Source: Eledone cirrhosa (taxonomy: Eukaryota). Taken from it: a DNA stretch of 64,000 nt. Both the position numbers and the translations under genes were made by a program. Under the pieces are notes generated by a model. It had not been told where the DNA came from, did not search any database, and worked only from the letters and a program-made list of their open reading frames with translations. Below are positions 14,397 to 27,971 of the stretch, piece by piece; position 1 is the first letter of the stretch, and the number at the start of each line of letters is the position of its first letter. The stretch covers positions 70,680,001 through 70,744,000 of the forward strand of contig OZ024747.1 in assembly GCA_964016885.1 (NCBI GenBank). Direction: 5' to 3'.

Positions 14397-16775
14397 CACA
14401 CACACGTGTATATATATATATATATTTATGTGTGTGTGTTATTAATAATCATAAATAATAAACATGTATAACTATTTAACATTTTTATATCAGAATTTTT
14501 TTTAGAAAAGGGCTTCAAATTTTATATACCTTAGAGCCTCAGCTAGTGAAAGTCCAGCTCGGACTCTAGTCCAAAGCTGATCAATAGATTTAGAGTGGAA
14601 TCTGGTATATGAAAATGATACAGAAACTGCATATGTATTTATGTTTGGACCAATCTAAAAATTGGTGTTGTTTATATTGTGTTGATTTATGTTGTATAAC
14701 AGTTCAACAAATAAAGATTAATAAAATAAATAGAAAACTGAAAAGCTCTGAGATGGATACAATCAACTTAGACCTTTTATGATGCACCTTCACATAGCTG
14801 TATTTCAAAAATGAAAAGAATATAATTTGCTGCCTTGCTGTGTTATATGAAACAAATATTTTCAAGTTTAAATCAAGAATCCAAACATTTATCTCTTTCA
14901 TGTTTTTTTTTATTTCCCTTGATACATTTTATGCCTCATATATAATTTACATTGTAATTTTCCTCACACATTTAAGTAAATTATACTTAGTTGTTGTTTT
15001 GCCTCATAGATCCCCTGATAAATCAGACTTATTTTCAAGGGCATTCCAAACATGACAATTCCATTGTTCACATTTAGCCCCATCGAGCAGACCTAAATCT
15101 CAGAACTTCAACGTAACCGCAACTAGAACAATAATTGAATGCACAATAGAGTAACATGCTGGAGAGCATATGTTTGCCAAGTGTGTGTATAAAGACTTGA
15201 TGTAGTCCATAATGTTTATCTCATGTTTGGAATGTTAAGGATAGGTATGTGGCATGTGGAGCTACTTAGTAAATACTTTGATGATCCAGAGTGACTCTAT
15301 TTGCTAGTGATACAGCACTTCAGATATTGGAGATGAAAATGACACTACCAATATCAACAGAGGCTCTAGTTCCAAGCTGAAGTGATAGACGTAGTAACAT
15401 CTGATAGAAAAATGAAGGCATGCAAATATAAGCCAATGATGGGGCCTCAATGTAGCTATACAATCAATTAGAGATATCAGACAAATCTCCCTCAAATCAC
15501 ACCTTATAATCTTTAAAAAAGAGGTACATAAAATAATCTACTGTTAAAAATGAGATATCTATGTCATTTATGGTAGGCGACTCAGTGAGGGTTGATTTGG
15601 TGATAACAACAAATGCATGTAAATAGGAGTCAACAACAGAATCTCTTTATTGTCAATCAACCTGCTAGAATTATGTGCTAAATATACCACAAATAACACT
15701 ACACAATATTAAAAAAATAAAAGGACATATTAGATAACATAGACTTAGAAATCCTTAGAAGATGCAGTGGTCATCTAAATGTTATTGATCATACCATTGT
15801 TTGAAGAAGGTTGTTCTGGGTTTAGACAACTACAAAAATAATGCCAAGTATATATATATATTATTAAGTAAGACAACTCATTGTTTGTAAGTTTAAATGT
15901 CTATTTAATTGTCAAACATATGCAAGTAGATATTTTCAGATAACTACACAGAGGTAAACAGAAAAAGATGTTAACATATGCATTTTTAACCTGGTGGAAA
16001 TAGAGATATTTGTGTAGCTTAATATGTCTTGTTATTTTAGACAGCTGAAAATATAAATGGGCAAGAGCCAACTCCATTCCAATTGCTGTATGTATGTTGA
16101 AAAATGAGGTGACAGGCTACTACATCCTGTCCTGGTGAGGTGTAAGGAGTTAAGCTAGCTATATGAGTGAAATAGTTTTGTCTTCTGTTTATATAAATTA
16201 CTGATTGACTGATGAAATTGGTGAAATACTAAAACATGGTTGGTGCATGAAGACAAGAATGAGTTGACTATACATGAAACAAAATTATTATTTCCATACA
16301 AAATTAATGAAATTGCCACAGGTAAAAACAGATAAAATCATGGGGGAAACCTGATAATATATACTAAATTTTAGGAGAAACTTTCACCATTAATATATAA
16401 GGAACCATCTTTTACAAGATACCTAAAAGAATATCTGAATCTCAATACACACACAAAAAACAACAAAGATATATATTTCATTGCACAAAAATGGTGGACT
16501 GATAGATTCGCTTAGCAGAAAATATGCCAAATGATAATAATTTTAACATAAGCACTCAACCATATGTTTAGGGGTGGTAACAGTTGGTTCAACGGGTGCT
16601 AAAAGAATAGAGAAAAATTAAAAGAGGAGAATTGCAATGTGGACATTGGCAAAAGTGGAAATAACCTAGTCAGAAATAAATGGCACAGTGTAATTCTTAT
16701 TGATTATTCCAGATTATTTTCATCCCATAAATGCACAAACACATAAACACGCATAGTGATATGTAAATATGTATG

Positions 16776-16817
<42 letters not shown>

Positions 16818-16959
16818 TGCATATATATATATGCACATATATATATACATGCATATATATATATATATACACGCATATATGTATGCATATATATATAGAC
16901 ACACACACATATATATATGCATATATATATGCATATATATATGTATATATATATATATA

Positions 16960-17337
16960 TATTACGCACACTTTTTCACTATACATATACATATGTGCAT
17001 ACACATATATGCACATCTGTGAGCGTATATACATACATATACACACACCTAACTATATTTCTTGTAAGATTTTATATATTTCATATTCTAATTCATTTGT
17101 CTATATTTTTTTTTTTGCTTTTCTTGATGAGACTTTCCAAGTATTTACCCATGTTTTATATTGCCTCGTCTGACGAACGAATGAAGACGTTTCTTTCATA
17201 TTCGCCTCATTCGGGAAACCTCTGGTAATGAGGTAATTATATTGTATTGATTTTTATACATTAAATTTTGCTCTGGTACTTACATAGAGCACTCTTCACT
17301 TCTATGACCTTTTCTGTTTTCAACGGAAATTTTAATA

Positions 17338-17340
<3 letters not shown>
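16960..17340 (+). mobile_element. Solo copy of the PLE 3' end/pLTR found at 2155-2535, inserted in (TA)n
   Basis: Near-identical to 2155-2535 and flanked by (TA)n on both sides. Confidence 0.9.
17160..17237 (+). ncRNA. Type I hammerhead ribozyme motif (copy of 2355-2432)
   Basis: Core CTGACGA..GAAAC..GTA and stems I and III identical to 2355-2432. Confidence 0.8.
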
Positions 17341-17432
<92 letters not shown>

Positions 17433-18317
17433 ATAGACATGTATATATGCGCATATATACACTTGTATATACCCACCAATCACACATGCGTGACAATATA
17501 AACAAAAGAAAACAGTGAGAATCATTTAGAGATTAGTAGAGGATTGATAAGGTCACAGTAGCATGACAAAACATTGTTAATGGATTATTAAGAAGATTTT
17601 TAACAATGGAAATTTAATTAACAATTAAAAATAGATTGTAACCAGTGCCTATAGTTTTAATTAGCAAAGCAATCCTCCAAATATAATAATAATATTGATT
17701 ACAACAGTTTCACATTAAAAATGTTGCAAAACAAATACAAAACAAAATATCTGTATGTATGCCTATGTAAATAAATAAATACAAATAATAAAATGGCTGA
17801 CTTTCTATAAGCATGTCTTCTTCCTCACAAAAAGAATTCTTGTTTTCTTTCTTTTCTCACTCCCGTCTATCTTTCTATTTCTCTAAGCTATATAAAACAA
17901 TTGTTGTTGCAGTTAATATCTGTATTTGGGATTTTTATATTTTCTAAATAATTTCAAATTACCCAGCATATTGATAGTTTGTATAAACAGATTATTTACA
18001 AGCAAGCTGTTCAATATAGCTATCTTATTCAAACAGAATCAGTGATCAGAGGCCCCATAGAGTAATAGTGAGAGAACTTGGCCAAACTTTGAGAGATACA
18101 GAGTACAATTTTCCATAGAAACTGCTAGTCACTTTTTTGTCCATTGCTAGGGGTATTTTACCTGATTTTATAAGATATTATCTATAACAATTGACTGTTG
18201 TTACAGTTATTTTCTATATTTAGGATTTATACATTTTCTCAAGAATATATGTGTGTATATATGCACACATTTACACAAATAAGCCCACACACATATGTAT
18301 ATATATATTTATGCCTT

Positions 18318-18355
<38 letters not shown>

Positions 18356-18357
18356 AT

Positions 18358-18740
18358 TGGATACCATCAGGGTTGCAGGTGTTATATCAGAGTTTTCCTT
18401 CTCCTAGAATTCTGCCTTGACAAAGGCTAAGGGGTCATCTTTTTGGTAAATATCATCTTGGTTAAGAGAGTGGGACTGGCTTTGTGCAGTGCCTTTGCTC
18501 ACTATAAAAGCTTCACAGCACAGGCATTGCTTTATATCTGGAGATCTCTCTGCACTTGTCATCACATGGTACCATGGGCCCTGCACTATGTGTCAATAAT
18601 GGTCACAAGTGTAGTCTTTGTACCAGAGTTTTCAAGTCGCTGGCTGGACTAAAAAGTCACATTCGTTCAGCGCATCGGTAGGGGTTCTCCTACATGGATA
18701 TAAAGTAGTGGCCGTACTCGAAAACGAGTTGGCAGCCACC
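18358..18740. mobile_element. Non-autonomous composite: inverted RTE 5'-UTR-like segment joined to an RTE 3' end encoding a C2H2 zinc finger
   Basis: The minus strand carries ctaggagaaggaaaactctga (RTE 5'-region-like); plus 18601-18681 reads GHKCSLCTRVFKSLAGLKSHIRSAHR*; the same junction recurs at 43318-43570. Confidence 0.65.
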
Positions 18741-18760
18741 ATATATATATATATATATAT

Positions 18761-18945
18761 ATCATTTCATTTCATTTTACATCCACTTTTCCCTGCTTGC
18801 AAGGGTAGGACGGGAACTGATTCTGGCTTGATTTCTACAGCTGGATGCCCTTCCTAACACCAACCTCATTTACAGTGAGTGCTGGGTGCTTTTTTGCCGT
18901 GGCACTTCCACGTCCACTTTGTAGTGGAATGATAGGGACCCCAGT
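18761..18945 (-). mobile_element. 3' half of the CORE/RTE-tail SINE
   Basis: Matches 4422-4610. Confidence 0.85.
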
Positions 18946-19091
18946 CATTTGGTCATTTCATGAAAGCATCTTGGTCAGCCTGTGGACTTTTCAGCTGACC
19001 CTCATATCATCGTCACCATTTAACGTCCATTTCTCCACACTAGCATGGGTTAGACGAGGTGTCCTGTTGTGAGATAGGCCAGTCTATATAT

Positions 19092-19379
19092 ATCATCATC
19101 ATCATCATCGTTTAACGTCTATCTTCCACGGTAGCATGTGTTTAGACAGGAATTGTCCTACTTGAGGCAAGATTGGTCGGGTGACCATGTTTCACTCATA
19201 TAAGACTGTCTGGTAGGTTTTCTATGGCTGGATGCCCTTCCTAACACCAACCACGTTTACAGTGTGGACTGGGAGGTTTTTACCTACATGGCCACATTAC
19301 AGCGTGGACTGTGTGTTATTTTTTTGTCGTGACACCTACACAACCTCATTTATTTTGGACTGGATGTTGTACCAACATA

Positions 19380-19385
<6 letters not shown>
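19092..19385 (-). mobile_element. RTE 3' UTR fragment in (TA)n
   Basis: Homologous to 7107-7410; (CAT)n tail. Confidence 0.85.
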
Positions 19386-19447
<62 letters not shown>

Positions 19448-20404
19448 ACCCATGCAAGTATGGAAAAATGGACATAAAAACGAAACAATATATTAATTCA
19501 TTCTTTAAATTGTTTATTGTTTTCATTTATAAGCATAAGGGTTTTTAACAGCTGCGCAAGGCGATCAATTTTGGGAACAGTGAAGTGTTGATTACCTTGG
19601 CTCCAATAATCTACTGGTGTGTATTTTATCACCTCCTTCATGCAGTCAGGTTTGAGTGTAGAAACCTCATAAAAGCATACCTTGATTATTTATCCACTCT
19701 CTATAATTATGCATGAAATTATCATGCATGTTTATATAGTTATTAAAATGACACCTATTCATACTCATACAAACACATACATATATGTATATATACATGA
19801 GTACACCCAACGCAGACACACACATACCACCACCACCCTTACACACACAAGCACACATATATAAATACTGATGCTTGTTTATTCATACAGATTCATCATA
19901 GTTACAAATGCATTGCAACATAAATCTAATTCAATAATAAACATTTTCGAAGGAGGAGAAATGTAAATAATTTTCTCTCTGTATATATTCAAGCTGTACA
20001 AATACAAGTTTATCATGTATCCTTGCTAACATATGCATCACTAGAAGTGATAGTAAATATTTCTACATTTTAATATATACTAATGAAAGTGTTCTTGTGT
20101 GTACGTGTCACTGCATGCATATGAACATGTATAGCTTATACGTTTTAGTATGTGTGACTATGTGGATGCCTATGGAATGTGGATAAGAATGTTTGTCTGT
20201 GTGTGTGTTTTTGTGAGTTTGTATGCATCTGCACATGTTAGTCTAAGCACTGAATTGCATGTTCCTGTGCAGTTGATCATAGTGACAATTAAAGGAAGCA
20301 AGTTTGCTGATTAGTAAAGTGAAATAAGAGCAGCAATTTATCATACTATGACTACTACTAATACCACCACCACTACCACAACCACCACCAATACTACTAC
20401 TACC

Positions 20405-20435
<31 letters not shown>

Positions 20436-21370
20436 GTTTCTGATTTAAGCACAGGGCCAGCAGTTTAGGGAGGGGGAAAGTCAATTAAATATACTCGAGT
20501 ACATATTGTTATATTTCACACCTAGGTAGGTTTAGCTGGCCTGCTAGAAGGTTGCACCTCATAGGAGGTTTCTTGAATATTTTAATGATAGGAGTCCCAG
20601 TCTGTCATTAAATATAGCTTGATGTGAAGCTTCTTGTTCATGACCACCAGATGTCACCCCCAGAATCAAACCTATGACCGTGAGTCTAACACAACTTCAC
20701 TGTATTCAACTGGTACTGTATTTTATCAAGCCTCAGAAGGAGGAAAGGAAAATTAATCATCACTTAGAATATAAAAGGACTAAGTAAACACCATAAGGTA
20801 TTTTATCCGTCTGAATCCCCTATTCTTAATATTTTCTCTCATCAGCACAAGGCCAGAAAATTTAATACAGCAAGACATTTTGCCTGATGCTGTCGTGATT
20901 CTGACAATCGTTATATTAGCAGTGGATGTGCTACTGTAAAAACTAGGAAATAATTATACATTTTTAATTATCGTTACAGATTTAAGTATTAGTATGCATA
21001 TAATATTGGTAAGTTTAATAGTAGTAGTACAGGCAGTGGTTATATGCTATCAGTGAAAACAATACCAGCACATATAAGATGATACTATCAATATAAATAG
21101 TGTTGACACTGTTTAAATAACAGCAACAGTGAAGTAACCAATGTAAAGTGTATATAGAAATAGAGACCCAAACAAATATATCCCAGATATATCTGTCCAT
21201 CTATCTATAAACAATTTAATGAGGAATGACTACATCATAATTACTAGCATTAAAATATAAACAACATATAGAGGTATTTCAGAAAAATAAAACAACAGTA
21301 ACGTTGACAAAAATTCATGTTTAAGGTAATAGAATTTTGGGGTTTTAAGCACTTAACTGGACAAATCCAG

Positions 21371-21426
<56 letters not shown>

Positions 21427-21561
21427 ATATATATGTGTGTGTGTTAAAAGTATACAGAAATAACAACACAATTGGTACAGTATATGGAAGGAATATATTA
21501 GGTTGATGCTTGAAATAGCAGGAAGAGGGTCTATATATATATATATACATACATATATATG

Positions 21562-21621
<60 letters not shown>

Positions 21622-22849
21622 CATATATAAACACATATATATATATATAGACACACACACATATATATCTATATATATATATGTGTATATATACATACAT
21701 TTTATCTATATATCATCATCATCATCATTTGGGCAGTATATTGCAGACTGAGTCAGTATGCATGTGAAATCACTGACCAGTCAGTTGGTCTGGGGCCTGC
21801 ATCTTGCTTACATGCATGTTCACACTCTACTGAGTGTCGAAACAGGCTAAGGGCTTTCATATTGCTTACATTCATTTCTGCAATCTACCAAGTGCATTTT
21901 ATTGTGGCATTAGCACTAAGGATAGTGTCATATTTTTGACATAGCAAAGGTGTCCTCCTGACCCCTTATTTGGCAGGTTTTCTACAGCTGAAAGCCTATC
22001 ACTAGCTACTTTATAATGTGTTCTTGGTGTGTTCATAAAGTAGATCATTAAAACTAGAGAGATTGTGCCATTGATACTGATGAATCTTTTCAACCCTTTT
22101 TTGACAGGATTTTACAGCAGAATGCTTCTGCCTATCATCAATCACCTTACAAGTGTACTATGTGTATTTATTGTGGCACCATTCTAAGGGTGTGATATTT
22201 AGTTACTAAATCTAGTAGTGGTTGTTTTTAAGTCCAAATCAGATCTTATTATACAGACCTATGTTCAAATGGAATCCAGCCATGACAGTTTCCTTTTTTC
22301 ATGTCTCTAGATGTCTATTATCCAACATATCCTTTCTTTTTTAAAGATAGTAACTTGTGATTTGAGGGAGATTTGTTTGTTATTTCTAGCAGTTCAAGTG
22401 ATCACATAGAAGCTCTATCGTTGACTTTGATAGTTTCTGTTGTAGTGCATTGGTGTAATAATTGTTTCTACTTTAGGCACAAGGCCAGCAATTACCCAGT
22501 GCATTACTGGTACTTTATTTTATCGACCCCGTAATAATGGTACTATTTGTTGTTAATGTTGTTTCATTCTATGTCAGCTTAGATTGGGCAAACTTATGAC
22601 CAAGCATCAGATTCATCCCGTCTTTTTTAAACCATTGTTTATCTGAAACTTAATTTTTTTCTGGTCCATAAGCCTTCCTTGTGAATTCTGTTGACCACCT
22701 TCTGAAAACACATGTGCATTATTGTTCTAAGTGTTATATTAGTACATCTTTATTAATCATTCTCAAGACTTTACAAAGGACAACTTCACTAGTAAGTAGA
22801 ATATATTTAAGGTAGACTGATTGATGAGTTCCCTGGAGGTATGAATAAC

Positions 22850-23310
22850 TGACAACATGAAAATGGGTATGGTTGGTTGGTTCAATAGAGGCATGAGTGA
22901 CTGATTACATGTAAATATAAGTGACTGGCTCAATGAATGCATGGATGACATGGAAATTGGAATGGCTGGTTCCATGGAGATGTGAATGATTGGCATCACA
23001 TGGAAATGGGTGTGGCTATCTCCATGAGGATGTGAGTGATTGGTACCACATGGAAATTAGTATGTTTGGCACCATGGAGATGTGAGTGATTGACACATGA
23101 GCGTGGCTATCTCCATGGAGTCATGAATGACCAGCACCACATGGAAATGAGTGCGTTTTGTTTCATGGAGGCATGAATGACTAGTACCACATGAAAATGG
23201 GTATGTCTGGTTCTACGGAGGCAGGCACCACATGAAAATGTTTGTATCTGGTTACATGAAAATGTGAGAATAGTGGCTCCATGGAAGTAACAGTGACTTG
23301 TTCCATGAAA
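22850..23310. repeat. Degenerate minisatellite, ~50-bp unit with ~25-bp sub-periodicity
   Basis: Repeated catggaaatgggtgtggctatctccatggagatgtgagtgattggtacca-like units. Confidence 0.8.
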
Positions 23311-24345
23311 GTGTAAAAGATTGGCTTCATCAAGGAGTACATATGTGGATTCATGCGAATTTTAGTGAACAAATAGTTGGACTGTTGCAGAGAAAGACAG
23401 AGATTCCTCGTGAAGGCTGGGTGACTCTCTATTTGCCTAACCAGAATGAATGGGCCACATGAATAACAGGTCTATGAATTGTTGTTAAGGACACACAGTT
23501 GTGATTCTCTGACCCTCTTTCTCTCTCCCCCTTCTGTATAACTCTACCTTCTGTTACTGCTCTCTTACTTCCACTTTACCTTTGTCTTTCCTTCTCACCA
23601 TGATCTTGGTCCTTTGTTCTGGGTACACCATTTAATTACCTTCATATAGCTGTATGTGTATGTATATGTGTATGTGTGTGTATGCATGTGCATATTTGAA
23701 TAAATCTGTATGTATATATATATGTATAACATTGTGAGCGTACTTTGGTGTGTACATGTGTATTTGCATAAAAACACACATGCATGTATGTGAGTATATA
23801 TGCGATTATATGTACATACACACATGCATATATACATATATATATATGTGTGTGTGTGAAGTCAATATATTGTATGTTGAGGCTGGCATTCATGGTTCTA
23901 ATTGAAAGTAAAAATAGATTGGAATTCACTCATTTCCTGACTTGTGTAAAATATCTCCAAATCTAACCACATCAAAAGATAACATTTATAAAAATATCAC
24001 ACACAGCAGAGGAATCAATTAAGGCAGGAAAGCTGGATGTTACCATGCATTTATGATATGTTATTATTATTTGTTGTATTTTTTTCACTGAATAATATTA
24101 CCTCCCCATTTGTCTGTCTATTCATCTGATTATCTGTCTGTTTGTCTACCCCTTTGTCCGTCTATCTATATTTATATATGTATATATGTGTGTGTGTTTG
24201 TATGTATAAAATAGATAGACAAAGAGGCAGACTGATATTTCAGTCAGTCTCTCTCTCTATATATATATATCAGTTCCTGTCCCACCCTTGCAAGCAGGGA
24301 AAAGCAGACATAAAATGATGATAATGATGATGATATATATATATA

Positions 24346-24667
24346 ACAGTGTATAGAGAAAAATACACAAAGAGGTATGAGTTCAATTATAGGGGATAGA
24401 ATACCACCAGAGTGAAAACCATATTGTCTACGAAAGGATTGGAGAATACATAGCAATGAAAAGAATAAATTAAGATGTACAAACCATTCGTTTATAAGTA
24501 TATCACCTGGACATGTTATACACGGATGATTTGTACATTTTAACTTATTCTTTTAATTGGTATGTATTCTCCATTCTGTTCGTAGACAATATGGTTTTCA
24601 CTCTGGTGGTATTCTATCCCCTCTAATTGAACACATACCTCTTTGTGTATTTTTCTCTATATACTGT
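24346..24667. repeat. Long imperfect fold-back (152-bp arms, ~18-nt loop)
   Basis: 24346-24497 is the reverse complement of 24516-24667 with about 13 mismatches and no indel seen. Confidence 0.92.
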
Positions 24668-24854
24668 CTTATAAAGAGCACAGCATCGATTCTTTGAGCT
24701 CATTAAATTATAGGGGTTCAATGTGAGTCTTTAACTCCATTTTTTTAATTTGATATATATATGTGTCGGTTCCTGTCCCACCCTTGCAAGCAGGGAAAAG
24801 CAGACGTAAAATGAAATGAAAAATGATGATGTGTGTCTGTGTGTGTGTGTGTGC

Positions 24855-24892
<38 letters not shown>

Positions 24893-26168
24893 CTTATGTT
24901 TTTTATGAGCAAAAGCAAATATTTTGAATGCTATTGTAGAACATAATAGTTTATTGCTGGTTAAGAATCTATCGTTAATAGTTTATTAGTTTATTGGTGT
25001 TTGTTCCATATATTTTTTCAGGGTATTTACTACATTCTTCTTTTTAGATAAGGCTATAATATTCTGGACTGTTTATACAAAGTTTAAAGTAAAATTATTT
25101 TGAAGATGTTTATACCTGTAATGTGTTTAATAAGTTTCACATAATTACACATACAAATAAACCTAAATTATATCTTTAAAAAGGAGCAAAAATGGGGAGA
25201 AGACATATTAATCACTCACCACATGGCTGTCCTTCTAATGGTTCTTGTGGCAAGCTAACACATACACAGAATTGCCACAGGTGATAATGTGGATAAGACA
25301 TAATAACCAAGCACCCTCATAGACATCCTCTTATACATTGGTAAGATGTATAAGAGGATGTCTCTGGAAAAATAAAAGGCAAAGTTGATCTCTCTATATA
25401 TTAAAGTCTTTGGCGAATTTTATTTTCTGCTACTGCCAATATTCCTTTGGGGTGATCTAGTCATGATTTCTCTCGATACATCCACTCTAATATGTGCATG
25501 GGTGTATTGTTGATTCTGTGTTCTATTTTCCTGGAACATTGCCAATTTTAGGGGATTTTGTGGCAGCCCTATCTAATTATTCAAAATAAATAAAATTCAA
25601 ATAGACCTGTAATCGAAGTAGTGGAAATAAATGGTTTTGGTTGACTGATCTGTGAAAATACGTGAAGAGGAAGCGAGATGTCTGTACAGATTGCAATAAA
25701 GATAAAACCAAGTTTAAATATCCAACATCATTTTCTTTTTAAATATTAAATTTCTCCTCTCAAACCTTTCAGCCTATAAACTTTCTGCAGACTTGGTCTA
25801 TGCTGAAGACGTCCAATCAGGCAGTAACATCGACATTCACAGATAAACCTATTGACTTAAATAAATTCTTCTATTAAAAATGCCAAGAAGGGACGACAAT
25901 TATTTGCTGGTGTTTCTCAATGACGATCTATGGAGACGTCTATCTCTCTCTTCCCCTCCTCGAAATATGTTCAGAGAAATTTCTTTCTTTCTCCCTCTCT
26001 TCATATAAGATTATGTAGCTCGTTTAGCGTTTACAATGGAATCTTATGTGATGTGACCCTACAACAAAAACAGTAGCTCTCACCGAATTATCTCAGTGGA
26101 ATTATCTCTTCAAGACTTCATGGAGTTCTAGCAACCTTATTGGACCTACCATAAACAGGTAGATACCA

Positions 26169-26237
<69 letters not shown>

Positions 26238-26457
26238 AATAAACGTGCTGCGTGGTTGCTAATGGGTTACATATGAATAAAGTTAGTCCTTCATCAGTGA
26301 TGACTAACTTTATTCATATATATATAGTAATAATAATACATTTGAAGACTAAAATCCAAAGAGGGCTCGATAAGGATAAATATATATCAAATATATAAGA
26401 ACCGTAGAGCAAATATTTATTAATATATATATGTGTGTGTAAAAGGTAAACAGAAAT

Positions 26458-26628
26458 AACTGTTTCTACTTTAGGCACAAGGCCAGCAATTATCCAGTGC
26501 ATTACTGGTACTTTATTTGATCGACCCCGTAAGGTTGAAAGGCAAAGTCAACCTCAGCGGGATTTGAACTCAGATCGTAAAGGGACGTAACTATGCTGGA
26601 AAGCATGGTGTCCGACCCTCTACCGATA
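26458..26628 (-). mobile_element. Second tRNA-derived SINE family (central domain gactttgcctttcaaccttacggggtcgat..agtaccag)
   Basis: B box gagttcaaatcc on the minus strand; related decayed copies at 22460-22530, 48020-48130 (+) and 63615-63900. Confidence 0.75.
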
Positions 26629-26649
26629 TATACAGTATATATATATATA

Positions 26650-26950
26650 ATTGGTGTTGGATGCTTAAAGTGACCGTATGCGGTAGGCCGTATGAGCACT
26701 CGATGCCCTCATAGAGCAGAGTATGATATCACAGAAAAAAGAGAGTCAGTGTTGCGACGAAAGGAATTTATTGTACATATTACAATTGTTTCTCGGGCGA
26801 CGAGCCTGACTCTGAAATCGCGCTGTCTTCGGATACGTCTCGATTCTAAGAAGCAGATTTTCAAATCTGCTTCTTAGAATCGAGAAACAATTGTAATACG
26901 TCCAATAAATTCCTTTCGTCGCAACACTGATTCTCTTTTTTCTGTGATAT
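26650..26950. mobile_element. Fold-back unit with a variant hammerhead on the minus strand (26774-26839) and its 3' half on the plus strand (26884-26902)
   Basis: Outer inverted repeat 26726-26795/26881-26950; inner palindrome 26838-26885; minus strand reads gacgtat-CCGAAGA..GAAAC-aatt-GTA-atatgt. Confidence 0.7.
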
Positions 26951-27059
26951 ATATATATATATGCATATATATATATATATAATTATATGCATATATAATT
27001 TGCTGGAGATCCAAAATTCACTTGTTATATGTAGAAAACACGACTCAAATTGCTACCTA

Positions 27060-27240
27060 TTTCAAATACGATTTGATTGGTTGAGGATGATCACGTGATT
27101 AGGTATACATCCATGCATTAGAGTCATGTGACTAAAACTAAATTTTTACGGCAAAACATAAGGCTGGCGTGGTTCCGTCAATGTGATTTCTTACGATAAA
27201 AATTTGTCCTGATTTATGTTTATGCCACGTGTCCCCAATG
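27060..27240. promoter_or_regulatory. Possible promoter/enhancer: clustered E-boxes and CCAAT boxes
   Basis: gattgg 27075, atcacgtgat 27090, gtcatgtgac 27123, ccacgtg 27225, ccaat 27235; motif clustering is the only evidence. Confidence 0.25.
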
Positions 27241-27629
27241 AGGCTAATGCAACTCCCGCATTTAGTGACCAAACTTTTTGACTGTTGAAATTGGATTTAT
27301 GGTGGCTAATTATTAGATTTTTTTTAAAGGATTTGGTTGTCTTTTGCTTTTAATTATGTATTGTTCTATGTATTTCGTGTCTTGTTTTGTCATTAAAGAA
27401 AACAATAAAAACAATAAATTATTTTGTAAGATGACTTTTCTCCCTTTGGTGAGAAAAATCTTTCTATTCTGTCAGGAATTTCATAAGGGAATTTTTCGAA
27501 CCAGAATCCTATTTCCTGATCCATATTGGTATCGTAATGTAGAGTTGTCTTTTTACTACACCAAATGATGCAATAATGGTGTCTCTGTTTATGGTTTTAG
27601 AGAGTGGTTTAACAGACCTAAGTTATCTA

Positions 27630-27971
27630 CAAGGTGGTTCGAATCTCTTGTCACTCCTTGTCACATATTGTTTTAACTTTCATTATTTTTTTGTTTTAAT
27701 AATATAACATATAACATCATTAATTATAATATATAAAAATATTAATATAATTTTCCATTTCAGAGCTCCTACAGTTTGGAAGAGAGGCTGCTTGCAAGTG
27801 TATGGACACATGATTGTGTGCATTCTGGCAAGAGCATGGAGGACGTGCGACATGACTTCACTGCCAGATTCGGCAAACCAGCTCCTCCGAAGTGGACGAT
27901 ACTACGATTGGAACATAAACTGTTTCTCATTACTTTTTGGTAGGGGGTGACAAGACTTTCGGACCACCCTG
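27630..27971 (+). mobile_element. Tc1/mariner-superfamily internal-deletion derivative retaining the N-terminal HTH (DUF4817-like) coding remnant
   Basis: ~29-bp TIRs (caaggtggttcgaatctcttgtcactcc / gggggtgacaagactttcggaccaccctg), TA on both flanks; 27767-27930 reads SYSLEERLLASVWTHDCVHSGKSMEDVRHDFTARFGKPAPPKWTILRLEHKLF. Confidence 0.85.

Noticed and set aside
18601-18681. Host C2H2 zinc-finger gene
   Set aside because: Single finger with no TGEKP linkers, followed by a short UTR and microsatellite, and duplicated within a repeat: a LINE C-terminus
22850-23310. CRISPR-like array
   Set aside because: Whole units are homologous with no unique spacers; eukaryotic context and no cas genes
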